59,763 nucleotides of DNA from Candidatus Komeilibacteria bacterium (GTDB lineage: Bacteria > Patescibacteriota > Patescibacteriia > UBA1558 > UBA10009), in NCBI GenBank assembly GCA_026396575.1, contig JAPLWM010000005.1, positions 1-59,763 of the forward strand, given 5' to 3'. Shown here piece by piece: positions 48,863 through 57,900 of this stretch. The notes under the pieces are model-generated. The model was not told the DNA's origin. It saw nothing but the letters and a program-made list of their open reading frames with translations, and did no database searches. The first letter of the stretch is position 1; each line of letters opens with the position of its first letter. A program made the position numbers and the translations under genes.

Positions 48863-48966
48863 GCCAGCAAAGCTGGTGCGCCACCTTTTACATTGCTTAC
48901 TTTATCAACTTTCACTAATTAAATCAATTCTTCGATAATTCCTTTCAATCCTGTTGTTTTACTATT

Positions 48967-50889
48967 TCAATTTATTATTGGTTGAATATCCTTATTATTT
49001 TGCGTTAACTCACTATTCCATGCACCCTCTAAATTTACTGTTCCACTATTTGGTCTTTTTTCCATTTCAAGTAAATCAATATCAACTTTTACCGGAATAT
49101 CAGATGCCAATCCAGCAACAAAGCAACTACCTACAGACAAAATTGGAATACTCTGAAACGAAAGTTTGTCTAAATAAGCAACTGCCTTTTCTACGGCATT
49201 AATGTCGTTGTCGTTAATTAGTCTATGAATAAAGTAATTATGAAGCTGAGAAATAATGGTTGCTGAGATATCGTATGGCCTTTGGCTCGCAATCGTTAGA
49301 AAGACTCCGAATTTTCTACCCTCTTTAATAATCTCTTCAAAAGTTTCCAAACGATAATCTTTCCATGTCTCACTTTCTCTTTGTGACATAGTTGAGAGTA
49401 TATTGTGAGCCTCATCAATAACTATATGTAGTGATTTTTTGTCTGATTCTTTTTTATTTTCATATAACTGTTTTGCAATGATTAAAGGAATTATTTTTTT
49501 CATCTCAATATTCACATCTCTAAGACATATAATTGATAGATTTTTAGATTCCGTATTTTCATTTATATCAATTAGTTTTTCTAACATGTCAAATTTTCTG
49601 AACATCCTGCCTATCAGCGGGCCTATATGTTCCTGATTAGAGTATCCTTTTATGATTTCATGAAAATAGTTAAAAACAATCTTTAATTTTAGCTTGCTAA
49701 ACTCATCACTTTTAAAAACCAAATTTTCAACTAAGGTCTTTAAGTGGGTAGTATATATGGGACTTGTATTATTAAAATTTGTAGAATTAGTATTATCCCA
49801 ATAATATTCCTCGTTTTTAGAATGATAATGCAAATTATTTTCTACTTCTTTCTTGAGATTGGTTATGGCATCCTTCTTTTCATCCGTAACTAAATTTATA
49901 AGATCTCTAAAAAGCTCAATAATTAATCCTTCTCTTAAATTTCTATCTTTTTTATCAATAACGCTCGTACATGTATCCTCTATACTTGTAATAACACGGG
50001 CATTAAATGTTGCATTGTCATCTAAAAAGTCGTTGCGGATAACTCTGTCTAAAAATGGTTTCTGTGTTTTTTCAGTTGCCTCTAATAAAACTGATAAAAT
50101 TTCAGTTTTATGTATACTATCTTTTGAAATGGGATATTTTTTCTTGCTAACTTTTTTGCCTGTAGAAAGTTCGTAAACAACCTTATCTTTTGTTATCATT
50201 TCATCCCCGATATATTCGCCATTAAAATCTACTACAACAAAATCAGATTTAGTTTTAAAATCATTATTATTGGAAAATACTTTAAAAAGTTCCGTGTAAA
50301 TCTTTGCAAGCGTGTTTGATTTACCACTACCAGTATTGCCAAAAATACCAATATGACTAGCAAATAAATTATTTACTCCTATTTTTATTTTCTGTGACGG
50401 TTCCTCGGTAAGATTGCCTATAGTTATTGTCTTTTCTCCGTTTTTATAAAAATGATGTAGTGAGTTAAATTCATCTCTATTTAAGAGGTAACATTCATTA
50501 TCAATAAGGGGCATCTCTTTGATACCCTGTTTAAAATGAGTGCCCTCAAAATGGCCAAAAAGAGAAACTTGTAATATCCTATTGATTTTAGCTTCCTCCT
50601 TATTATATTCCTTGTTGTAGTATTTTTCTTCTGAAGTAAATTCTCCTTCAACTTTGCCTATAATACTAACAAATCCTTTAACTACTTTTATATAGCTCCC
50701 AACGGAAACATTCTTCACTGTTTTTCCTTCATACAAAATATGGGAGTGATTTTTGTTTTTGTTTAGTTTTATTTTTATAATCCTTCCGTCAACAGACAAA
50801 ACATGACCAATTATAAAAATTGACTCCTTTATTAATTCCTCTTCAATACTCTTAGTTTTTGCAATCATCTTTACATTCATGGGTGGCAC
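48967..50889 (-). CDS. HerA-like (DUF87) ATPase
   Basis: HAS-barrel-like N-terminus, GNTGSGKS, IDEAH, EGRKFG, SQRP; start may be 50868. Confidence 0.9.
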   Translation of the reverse strand: MPPMNVKMIAKTKSIEEELIKESIFIIGHVLSVDGRIIKIKLNKNKNHSHILYEGKTVKNVSVGSYIKVVKGFVSIIGKVEGEFTSEEKYYNKEYNKEEAKINRILQVSLFGHFEGTHFKQGIKEMPLIDNECYLLNRDEFNSLHHFYKNGEKTITIGNLTEEPSQKIKIGVNNLFASHIGIFGNTGSGKSNTLAKIYTELFKVFSNNNDFKTKSDFVVVDFNGEYIGDEMITKDKVVYELSTGKKVSKKKYPISKDSIHKTEILSVLLEATEKTQKPFLDRVIRNDFLDDNATFNARVITSIEDTCTSVIDKKDRNLREGLIIELFRDLINLVTDEKKDAITNLKKEVENNLHYHSKNEEYYWDNTNSTNFNNTSPIYTTHLKTLVENLVFKSDEFSKLKLKIVFNYFHEIIKGYSNQEHIGPLIGRMFRKFDMLEKLIDINENTESKNLSIICLRDVNIEMKKIIPLIIAKQLYENKKESDKKSLHIVIDEAHNILSTMSQRESETWKDYRLETFEEIIKEGRKFGVFLTIASQRPYDISATIISQLHNYFIHRLINDNDINAVEKAVAYLDKLSFQSIPILSVGSCFVAGLASDIPVKVDIDLLEMEKRPNSGTVNLEGAWNSELTQNNKDIQPIIN

Positions 50890-51889
50890 TATTTGAAATC
50901 TCTTTAAAGACTAGCTCATTTATTTTTTCAAGACTAAATTTATTTCTTTGTTCATCGTCGGTTGGCTCAATTATTTCTATATTAGAATATCTTAATTTCC
51001 CTATATGCATTTTTTCTTTCATTTTTGAATCCTTATCTTGTTCATGGCAAAAAATATAAATTTTTAGCGTTGGGTTGGAATTAGCAGTTCTTAGGGTAAT
51101 TTCTCGTATATGTTCGTCTTCCATTGAAAAACCCATGACAAATAAAACCACATTCTCTTTCTCTAATTCACTTGAATACATCCTTAACAATTCATAATAG
51201 GTTAAATCAATAACCGTTTCCTCAAATTTTTTCTTTTCAGGATTAATGATCGCTATTTTACCATATCTTTCGTCAAAATTCTTTCCACTTTTGTTTAGTA
51301 TCGTTTTGTCAAAATGTTTTAATTTTGAAAAATATATATTGTCTTTAATTTTTTCCCATGTAAGCGATCCGTGTATCTTCATTAGGTTGAAAATTGGTAT
51401 CTCAGAAATATTTTCAAAATGCAGACTTCTTTTTAAAATTGATTTCTTAAAATTACTTAAGCTAAATACTGAATTTAATCGACCAGTAAAACCATCGTTA
51501 TATTCCAAACCGCTCTCTTCCAAAACGACCTCCATTAATATGTCGATATTTGTAGTAAAAATATTTGTTTGTTTACTTAAAATAGTATTTTTCCTTTTTA
51601 ATAAAATGTGACTTATTAATTCGAAGAAATTTTTATAAGCTTTACATGTTGAATTAAATTCTGCTTGTTTTATTGCCTCGATGTTACCGGAGATGACGTC
51701 AAGATTTGGCATCATGATTTTCTCAAAATATTCCTTTTTGATTTTTATCCGTTCAGGCTTCCTAGTTTCGATTGAAAGCCTTGTTTCTATATCACCTAAC
51801 AAAGGTAAAAAAGGGGTCGATAATCCAGCTCCAAAAAGGAAATTGATATGTGAACTTTGTACCGCCTCTTTAATTTCTTGAATATTCAT
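50852..51889 (-). CDS. SIR2-like (SIR2_2) NADase
   Basis: FLFGAGLS, FTTNID, KIHGSL, GFSMEDEHI; overlaps the HerA gene. Confidence 0.88.
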   Translation of the reverse strand: MNIQEIKEAVQSSHINFLFGAGLSTPFLPLLGDIETRLSIETRKPERIKIKKEYFEKIMMPNLDVISGNIEAIKQAEFNSTCKAYKNFFELISHILLKRKNTILSKQTNIFTTNIDILMEVVLEESGLEYNDGFTGRLNSVFSLSNFKKSILKRSLHFENISEIPIFNLMKIHGSLTWEKIKDNIYFSKLKHFDKTILNKSGKNFDERYGKIAIINPEKKKFEETVIDLTYYELLRMYSSELEKENVVLFVMGFSMEDEHIREITLRTANSNPTLKIYIFCHEQDKDSKMKEKMHIGKLRYSNIEIIEPTDDEQRNKFSLEKINELVFKEISNSATHECKDDCKN

Positions 51890-51919
51890 AATTTTAAATC
51901 TTAGGTAATTTAGTTTCTA

Positions 51920-53452
51920 CTACGTGCAATACAGTGTATTTCTATTTTCTATGTGAGTCAAAAACTCCTCAATGGTTTTCGGTAAAATTGAAAGGTTCTC
52001 TTTTTCTTTAACATAGTTAATCTGCATTACAGAATCCTTGAATATACTAGGGGCCACAAAGTAGCACATTGAATCCTTTGTTCCTTTTTGGAATTGTCCT
52101 AAATGCCTTGAAATCGGCCACACTTCCATCATTGTTTGCATGCGTCCTTCTGACATCGTAACTTCAACCAATATACCCTTAACATCCTCGAAACATTCAA
52201 TATCGCCCTTATCTCCAACGCCTCCAGCCGTTGATGTTGGGAGGCCTTCATCATCATAAGGATAATTTGGTATTACTCTAACATTTGGAAATTTAGATTT
52301 AATAGCCAAAGACACAAGAAATTCTAATCTGACTGGGTTTGATAAATATTTCAAAACATCATCTTTGGTTAATTTTTTCTTAGCTAAATTTAACATTTCA
52401 TCCTTAATCCTGTTCCAAGGATAAACACCGATCCACTTGGCCAAAAAGGCGTCTCTCTCGCTAATGCTCAACGGCTTGGCAACAAATGAGATAAGATTTT
52501 TATCCACAGTCGACATATATTCAAAATATGACTCCTCCGTGGTGTATTTTTTATAATCAGAATAAGTTGCTAAAGCATAATCAACCTTTGTTTGTTCATT
52601 CCTGTTTATATCAATAAAACGACCAGCACCCCTTAATGAGATTAATCCCGTTAGTCTCATTTTTCTAATAAACTCATCCGGATAATCAACCATTATTGAC
52701 TTCGGATTAAATTTCTTAAAATCATCGTTCATGATCTGGTTAACACAAATATCCACAATAACTTCCCAGCTCGGGGTATAGCCGTGTTCCTTTCTTATTT
52801 TCTTTATGAGTTTGTATAGCTTCTCTGCGTCGTTATCTTTCCAAAAAATAACTAAGGGCAATTCTAATTTTGAAATTCCGGTCCCGTTAAGCTCTTTATC
52901 AGCATTTATTTTATTGATCACGCTCAATAATAAAATCAGCGGTACATTTTCATTGAGCACTCGTCTAAATGGACTATTGCTTTGATATTTTATAAAGGCA
53001 TTAAGAAAAGCCTGCTGTTCAAATTCTGGGTGCTCGTTATCAACCAATTTTAATCCGATATCAGAAAATCTTATTTTTTCACCATTTTTGTAATAGACAA
53101 AACCAAGCTCTTTAGCAATCTTAAACCAAGTATCGAATCGGGAAGCCCAGCCCTTACTAAATCCGGCTTCTTTATGGTTTTGCGGATTATCCTCAAGAGA
53201 CTTTTTCACTTCGGCATTGGATAATGGTTCTTTTGCTTCAATTTTTTTCTTTACAATAGCACTTATATTGGTCGGCTTGTATAATCCAACCCGAATAACT
53301 TCACCGGAAATTTCTTCAGCCAACTGATCGTCAAGAACTTTTCCATCATAATCCTTTAAGACCCCTAAAAACCACTTAAGCCTTTCCGGGTTTCTAAGTG
53401 TGGTAGTAAATAATAATGGTTTATATTCCGATTCTCTTGTTTTTGTTTTCAT
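51920..53452 (-). CDS. AlwI-family type IIS restriction endonuclease
   Basis: FTTTLRNPER N-terminus; DDEGLPTSTAGG..GDIE..LVEVT catalytic-like C-terminus; follows two MTases. Confidence 0.82.
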   Translation of the reverse strand: MKTKTRESEYKPLLFTTTLRNPERLKWFLGVLKDYDGKVLDDQLAEEISGEVIRVGLYKPTNISAIVKKKIEAKEPLSNAEVKKSLEDNPQNHKEAGFSKGWASRFDTWFKIAKELGFVYYKNGEKIRFSDIGLKLVDNEHPEFEQQAFLNAFIKYQSNSPFRRVLNENVPLILLLSVINKINADKELNGTGISKLELPLVIFWKDNDAEKLYKLIKKIRKEHGYTPSWEVIVDICVNQIMNDDFKKFNPKSIMVDYPDEFIRKMRLTGLISLRGAGRFIDINRNEQTKVDYALATYSDYKKYTTEESYFEYMSTVDKNLISFVAKPLSISERDAFLAKWIGVYPWNRIKDEMLNLAKKKLTKDDVLKYLSNPVRLEFLVSLAIKSKFPNVRVIPNYPYDDEGLPTSTAGGVGDKGDIECFEDVKGILVEVTMSEGRMQTMMEVWPISRHLGQFQKGTKDSMCYFVAPSIFKDSVMQINYVKEKENLSILPKTIEEFLTHIENRNTLYCT

Positions 53453-53456
53453 ATAT

Positions 53457-54362
53457 TTAATAATTGGTAATTAATACTTCTTTAATCTGCTTCTTACCGT
53501 TATTGTGGTAGCTGATGTAATTGCTTTCGATTTTGTGTGTCTTATATTTTTTCATCCAATTAATTAGCAAATCATTCGTGCTACCGTTATAATGGGTTAC
53601 ATTTGATAGAGCAAACTTAACATCTTTTTTATCTAAATTATCAATCATTTTTAGTAAGTCAGCTTCAGCTTTTTGATCCCACCGCTTATTATATTCACTT
53701 GATGTTATTAGATATGGCGGGTCTAAATAAACAAAGTCATTCTTAGAATATTTTCTGTTGGCAAAATATGTTCTAAAATCCTTTGAACTTAAAGTTATCT
53801 TTTTATCTTGGACAAAATCAAAATAGCCATTAAGGGCGTTAACAACATTTTTGTTAAAATCAACATTACCAACCGGCAAATTAAATTTGCCACCGCCATT
53901 AAACCTCAACATTCTGTTAAAACCATAAATAAGCAAAATATACAGAATTAGAGGATCATTCTTTATGTTCTTGTTTACACAAACTCTTAATTTTTCGTAA
54001 CCCTCTTTATTAAATTTGGCAAAATAGGTCTTTTTCCATTCTTTTTTTAATGAGGCCGGAATTACATCTTCTTTATAAGATCGTGAAAGATGATATTTTT
54101 TGATTATCTTTTCTACATTCTTAAAAAATAAAGCTGGGTTACTCGCATTGCTAATCAAGAAACGATGTATGTTAATTAGGTTTTTATCGTTATCGTTTAA
54201 GTAATATTTATTTGCCTGGATATTTAAAAAAACCGTACCGCCACCGACAAATGGCTCATAAAAATTGTTTATCTCCTGCGGAAATAAAACGATCAATTGC
54301 TTCATTAGTTTATATTTATCTCCAACGTAAAACAGTGGGGATCTTTTGATTTTATTACTCAT
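53457..54362 (-). CDS. N6-adenine DNA methyltransferase (Dam/D12 class)
   Basis: SPLFYVGDK, EPFVGGG, YLDPPY, EVLITNY. Confidence 0.93.
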   Translation of the reverse strand: MSNKIKRSPLFYVGDKYKLMKQLIVLFPQEINNFYEPFVGGGTVFLNIQANKYYLNDNDKNLINIHRFLISNASNPALFFKNVEKIIKKYHLSRSYKEDVIPASLKKEWKKTYFAKFNKEGYEKLRVCVNKNIKNDPLILYILLIYGFNRMLRFNGGGKFNLPVGNVDFNKNVVNALNGYFDFVQDKKITLSSKDFRTYFANRKYSKNDFVYLDPPYLITSSEYNKRWDQKAEADLLKMIDNLDKKDVKFALSNVTHYNGSTNDLLINWMKKYKTHKIESNYISYHNNGKKQIKEVLITNY

Positions 54363-56169
54363 TTTTTACTTTTGTTACGAACAAATATTCTTTATGATTA
54401 TTAAAATTTGTATTACCTGTGTTGAAATGTCTGTAATTTTTTTCAAAAACTTTGGTTGACCCCTTGGTCTTTAGAATTCTTTCTATTTCTTGAAGAGTAA
54501 TTTTATTTCGCGATGAATTGCTTTTTGAGTCATAAGTGTTGTTATATGAAACAACTAGATATTTGGCGTCTAGATCTTTTACCAGTTCTGCGAGTTTATC
54601 TTTGGCGTTATTTCGGCAATAATCACTCATGTTTTCTGATTCTGGCTTTAACGCAACGCCATAAAGTTTTGGTTTATCCCATTTAGTTAATGTCTCAAGG
54701 ACATGGTAAAATCTACTGTATTGCCTAGAATTGTAAGGCGGATCAATGTAAACAACATCGGCCTTTATTTTTTTAGCTAAAATATTCGTATCTTCTTGGA
54801 AAATAGATATTTCTTGGGTATCAATCGGATCAATAGGTTTCATGAAAAAACTATCATTTACAAATTCTTTTTTAAAATAGGCGTCAAAATGTCCGACGGT
54901 ATTAGCAATTTTATCAGCAGTATAAAGCAATGAAGCAATTAACATGTAATATTCTCTTTGAGTCAAATTATTTTTATTTTCTTCAATATTTTCTCTAATA
55001 AAACCGATGATTTTAGCCGAATTATTGCTGAAAAATTTACCCCCAAAACTTTTAGAAAAATAATTATCCTCTAAATCATCAGCGTAAATATTATTATAGT
55101 TTTTAATAATACCATCTACTTTATTTTTATCCCAAACTTCATTTCCAAAAAAGGCGCGATATATCGCGTAATTGGAATGTAAGAAATCATTTAATAACAC
55201 TTTTTTGAATTGTTTTGTAGCCACGGCCGAAACCACACCTGTCCCAGCAAATATATCCGCAAAAGAATTTCCACTACATTCTTTATTGATAATAGAAAAA
55301 ATCCATTCAATTAACTTGTGCTTATTACCTATATATCTGCGGTTATGTAATTGAATATGATTTTCCTTTACTTGCGGAATATAAAAGTAATTTTCTTGAA
55401 TTTTTTCCGCGGTTATTTCGTAGGATGGTTTTTTGACTTCAAATAATGTAAAAAGTGTGGCCTGCATCCCGCCGTCGGCAACATAATCAAGGCCCTCTTT
55501 TTGTTTTTGTAACTTTTCGTGAAAACTATAATGATTATTCTCAGAAACAATAATAAAATCAATTACAGGTATCCCCATTATTTCTCCAGCTTGTACAATT
55601 TTTTCAACTATTTGATTATCTTTTTCACTTGGCGATGAGTCGCCTGATGGGTGATTGTGAATTAAGATGACGCTGGCGGCATTTAATTCCGTAGCTGGGT
55701 AAAAAATTTCTCTTGGATGTAGAAGTGCCTTATCTAATAGTCCAACACTAACGATTTCTTTTTTGAGTAGAGAATTTCTCGCATTAAGATATAAGCAAAC
55801 TAAATACTCTTTTTTCTTATCTCTTAAATCATAAGTAAATGATAAAACATCTTGAGAATTTTTAATAATAATTTCATTTGATTTTTCATCCGCATAAAAT
55901 CTTTTTACCAAAGAAATCGCCGAAGAAATTTGTAACGCCTTTGCTTGACCAATCCCGGAAATTTCCAAAAGATCATTAACTGTTATATTTAAAAAGTTTT
56001 TTCCAAATTTTTTTATAATACCCTCTGAGAGCTGCTTAACATTTTTACCTTTTATGCCGCTACCTAAAATAATTGCTAAAAGATCGCTTTTAGAAAGTGC
56101 ATCTGGACCTTTTTCTAAAAACCTTTCGCGAGGTCTATCAATTTTTGGGATATCCTTTAACTTTCCCAT
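54355..56169 (-). CDS. RadC (JAB) domain fused to an N6-adenine DNA methyltransferase
   Basis: RPRER, HPREIF, HNHPSGD..PS..D then RRYIGNK, DIFAGTG, YIDPPY. Confidence 0.88.
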   Translation of the reverse strand: MGKLKDIPKIDRPRERFLEKGPDALSKSDLLAIILGSGIKGKNVKQLSEGIIKKFGKNFLNITVNDLLEISGIGQAKALQISSAISLVKRFYADEKSNEIIIKNSQDVLSFTYDLRDKKKEYLVCLYLNARNSLLKKEIVSVGLLDKALLHPREIFYPATELNAASVILIHNHPSGDSSPSEKDNQIVEKIVQAGEIMGIPVIDFIIVSENNHYSFHEKLQKQKEGLDYVADGGMQATLFTLFEVKKPSYEITAEKIQENYFYIPQVKENHIQLHNRRYIGNKHKLIEWIFSIINKECSGNSFADIFAGTGVVSAVATKQFKKVLLNDFLHSNYAIYRAFFGNEVWDKNKVDGIIKNYNNIYADDLEDNYFSKSFGGKFFSNNSAKIIGFIRENIEENKNNLTQREYYMLIASLLYTADKIANTVGHFDAYFKKEFVNDSFFMKPIDPIDTQEISIFQEDTNILAKKIKADVVYIDPPYNSRQYSRFYHVLETLTKWDKPKLYGVALKPESENMSDYCRNNAKDKLAELVKDLDAKYLVVSYNNTYDSKSNSSRNKITLQEIERILKTKGSTKVFEKNYRHFNTGNTNFNNHKEYLFVTKVKNE

Positions 56170-56171
56170 AG

Positions 56172-57020
56172 TTATTTTTTATACACTTCTTCTAAAGTTT
56201 TGCCACTTTCAGTTTTCCATTTTTTCCATCCGCTAGTTGAATTTCCTAAAATAATATCAGATGCGGCGCTTGGACTATTAAAGACATAATCTTTAATAAA
56301 TGCATACAAATTATTATCTTTTTTCCTAAGATATTTATTTAACAAAAGCTTTTCTATAATTTTTTGATTACGTTCAATTACCGCTTTTGAAATATCATTT
56401 GACGCAGTTGAATCTTTATAAACAACAAACCCATCATTCGTCATGCGGCCTGTTGCTAAAGCGTTTTTACCTTTGCAAGTAAAAAGAGGATCTGATATAT
56501 TTTTTTGTTCTTTAGAAATAACTTCTTGTAGAATAGGATATCCTAGGGCGGAAAGAAGCAATTTTAAATTTTCCAAAAATTCTTCTATTTCGGCGATGTC
56601 AGCTTCAGACAAAGAGGGCAAAGTAGATTCTGTGCCATTTTCTAAATTAAATCGTTTTGCTTGGGTTGCTAAAGCTAAACATCTGCTTTCTAAATATCTA
56701 ACATGAGCCTTTGTTAAATTATTATCTTTACTCACAAACGCCACTGCGGTTTGCCAAAAATCTTTTGAACTATCATGAGTAGACAGTCTATTCCATAAAT
56801 TTTCTGCCTCACCGATATATGCAGTAGGTAAAAGAGCATCTTCACTTTCTTTACCAACAAGAAAATATATAGCCGGCTTATTACATTCGGGACGTTGTTT
56901 GGTTTCTTTTAACTTATTTCTAGGAATAACAATTGCTTGACCAACCCAATTACTTAATTCAGCGGTTTTTAAGCCATTTGGTTCGCCGTCAATTAAAAAT
57001 ATTTTTATTGTCTTTGCCAT
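56172..57020 (-). CDS. GIY-YIG nuclease with DUF4357-like domain
   Basis: AIYFL..AYIGEAE..RL..H; FNSPSAAS..ILG..SGWKKWK. Confidence 0.85.
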   Translation of the reverse strand: MAKTIKIFLIDGEPNGLKTAELSNWVGQAIVIPRNKLKETKQRPECNKPAIYFLVGKESEDALLPTAYIGEAENLWNRLSTHDSSKDFWQTAVAFVSKDNNLTKAHVRYLESRCLALATQAKRFNLENGTESTLPSLSEADIAEIEEFLENLKLLLSALGYPILQEVISKEQKNISDPLFTCKGKNALATGRMTNDGFVVYKDSTASNDISKAVIERNQKIIEKLLLNKYLRKKDNNLYAFIKDYVFNSPSAASDIILGNSTSGWKKWKTESGKTLEEVYKK

Positions 57021-57024
57021 AGAA

Positions 57025-57225
57025 TTATTTAATTAAATCATCGACGCCAACTTCAAGCGCTTTGGCAATCTTAGTCAATGTTTCAATTGTTGGGTTTTGA
57101 TTAACGCCATTTTCAACCTTTACAATGGTATTAAGCGACAAATCAGCCAAGCGGGCTATTCTTTCAAGTGAAAGACCTTTTTTACCCCGCAGTTTCTTTA
57201 AGTTTTCGGAAATGTTATTTGACAT
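57025..57225 (-). CDS. XRE/HTH regulator, probable R-M controller (C) protein
   Basis: 66-aa HTH_3 pattern (ENG..NPTIETL.KIAKALEV) leading the R-M operon. Confidence 0.85.
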   Translation of the reverse strand: MSNNISENLKKLRGKKGLSLERIARLADLSLNTIVKVENGVNQNPTIETLTKIAKALEVGVDDLIK

Positions 57226-57237
57226 AGTTATTGAAAA

Positions 57238-57258
57238 TATATACTATTATAGTATATA
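57238..57258. promoter_or_regulatory. C-box-like operator palindrome
   Basis: tatatactat-t-atagtatata just upstream of the HTH start. Confidence 0.55.
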
Positions 57259-57411
57259 GAATATAATATAAAGGATTCTTTCTTGGTATTACAATGATAA
57301 TGAATTTTTAGGTTTTTGTCTATTACTAGGGAGTTCCTAAATATTGCCCGCGCACGGGTGGGTGGGGCAAGGGCAATATATTAAAAGTGGCGCATTCCGC
57401 GTAAGCGGAAT

Positions 57412-57744
57412 ACGGCCAAATTGCGGCGGCGAAAAGAAAGCCCGCCGATAGGCGGATAAAATGCCGGCCAAAGGCCGGCGGGAAGCGAGGGCGGGGCGGA
57501 ATTCCCCCCAGACCCCCCTTCCGCCCCGCCCTAAAAAATCAGAAAACAGCTAGCTGTTTTCTGTAAAAAAGGTTCGTGCTTCGTCTAGGAGAGACGACCA
57601 TTCAATACATTCAAAACTTTTATCCTTACGCCCCAGCGTAGCTGGGGCGCTACCCGCGCCGCCAAAACCTATATATTTAGGGATTAAATTGTAAGGCGAA
57701 ACAAAATCCAGCAGAGCTTTTTTCTGGAACAGGCGGCGGTTCGT
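57412..57744 (-). repeat. Internal inverted copy of the island circle junction (attP-like)
   Basis: Reverse complement equals 59269-59418 joined through TGGTCG to 48680-48862; one mismatch per arm. Confidence 0.92.
57550..57744 (-). pseudogene. Orphan recombinase 3' end encoding the attP-form C-terminus
   Basis: TNRRL..FECIEWSSLLDEARTFFTENS* versus ..FECIEWSGMPDL.. in the full gene. Confidence 0.8.
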
Positions 57745-57900
57745 AAAGCGCCGGAGGCGCTTAAAGCACAAATAATTTAATCCTAGATCATTAAATTATT
57801 TTGCTTGCCAATTTTTTCCGCTTTCCCGCCTTTGGCGGGAAAACAAAGCAAGTTTTCCCATAATAGGCCAAAAGCCACTTAAAATAACAAACTAAACACT

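Noticed and set aside
48674-57600. Composite transposon or IS with terminal inverted repeats
   Set aside because: No DDE transposase or target-site duplication. The repeats are explained as att arms of the serine recombinase island.
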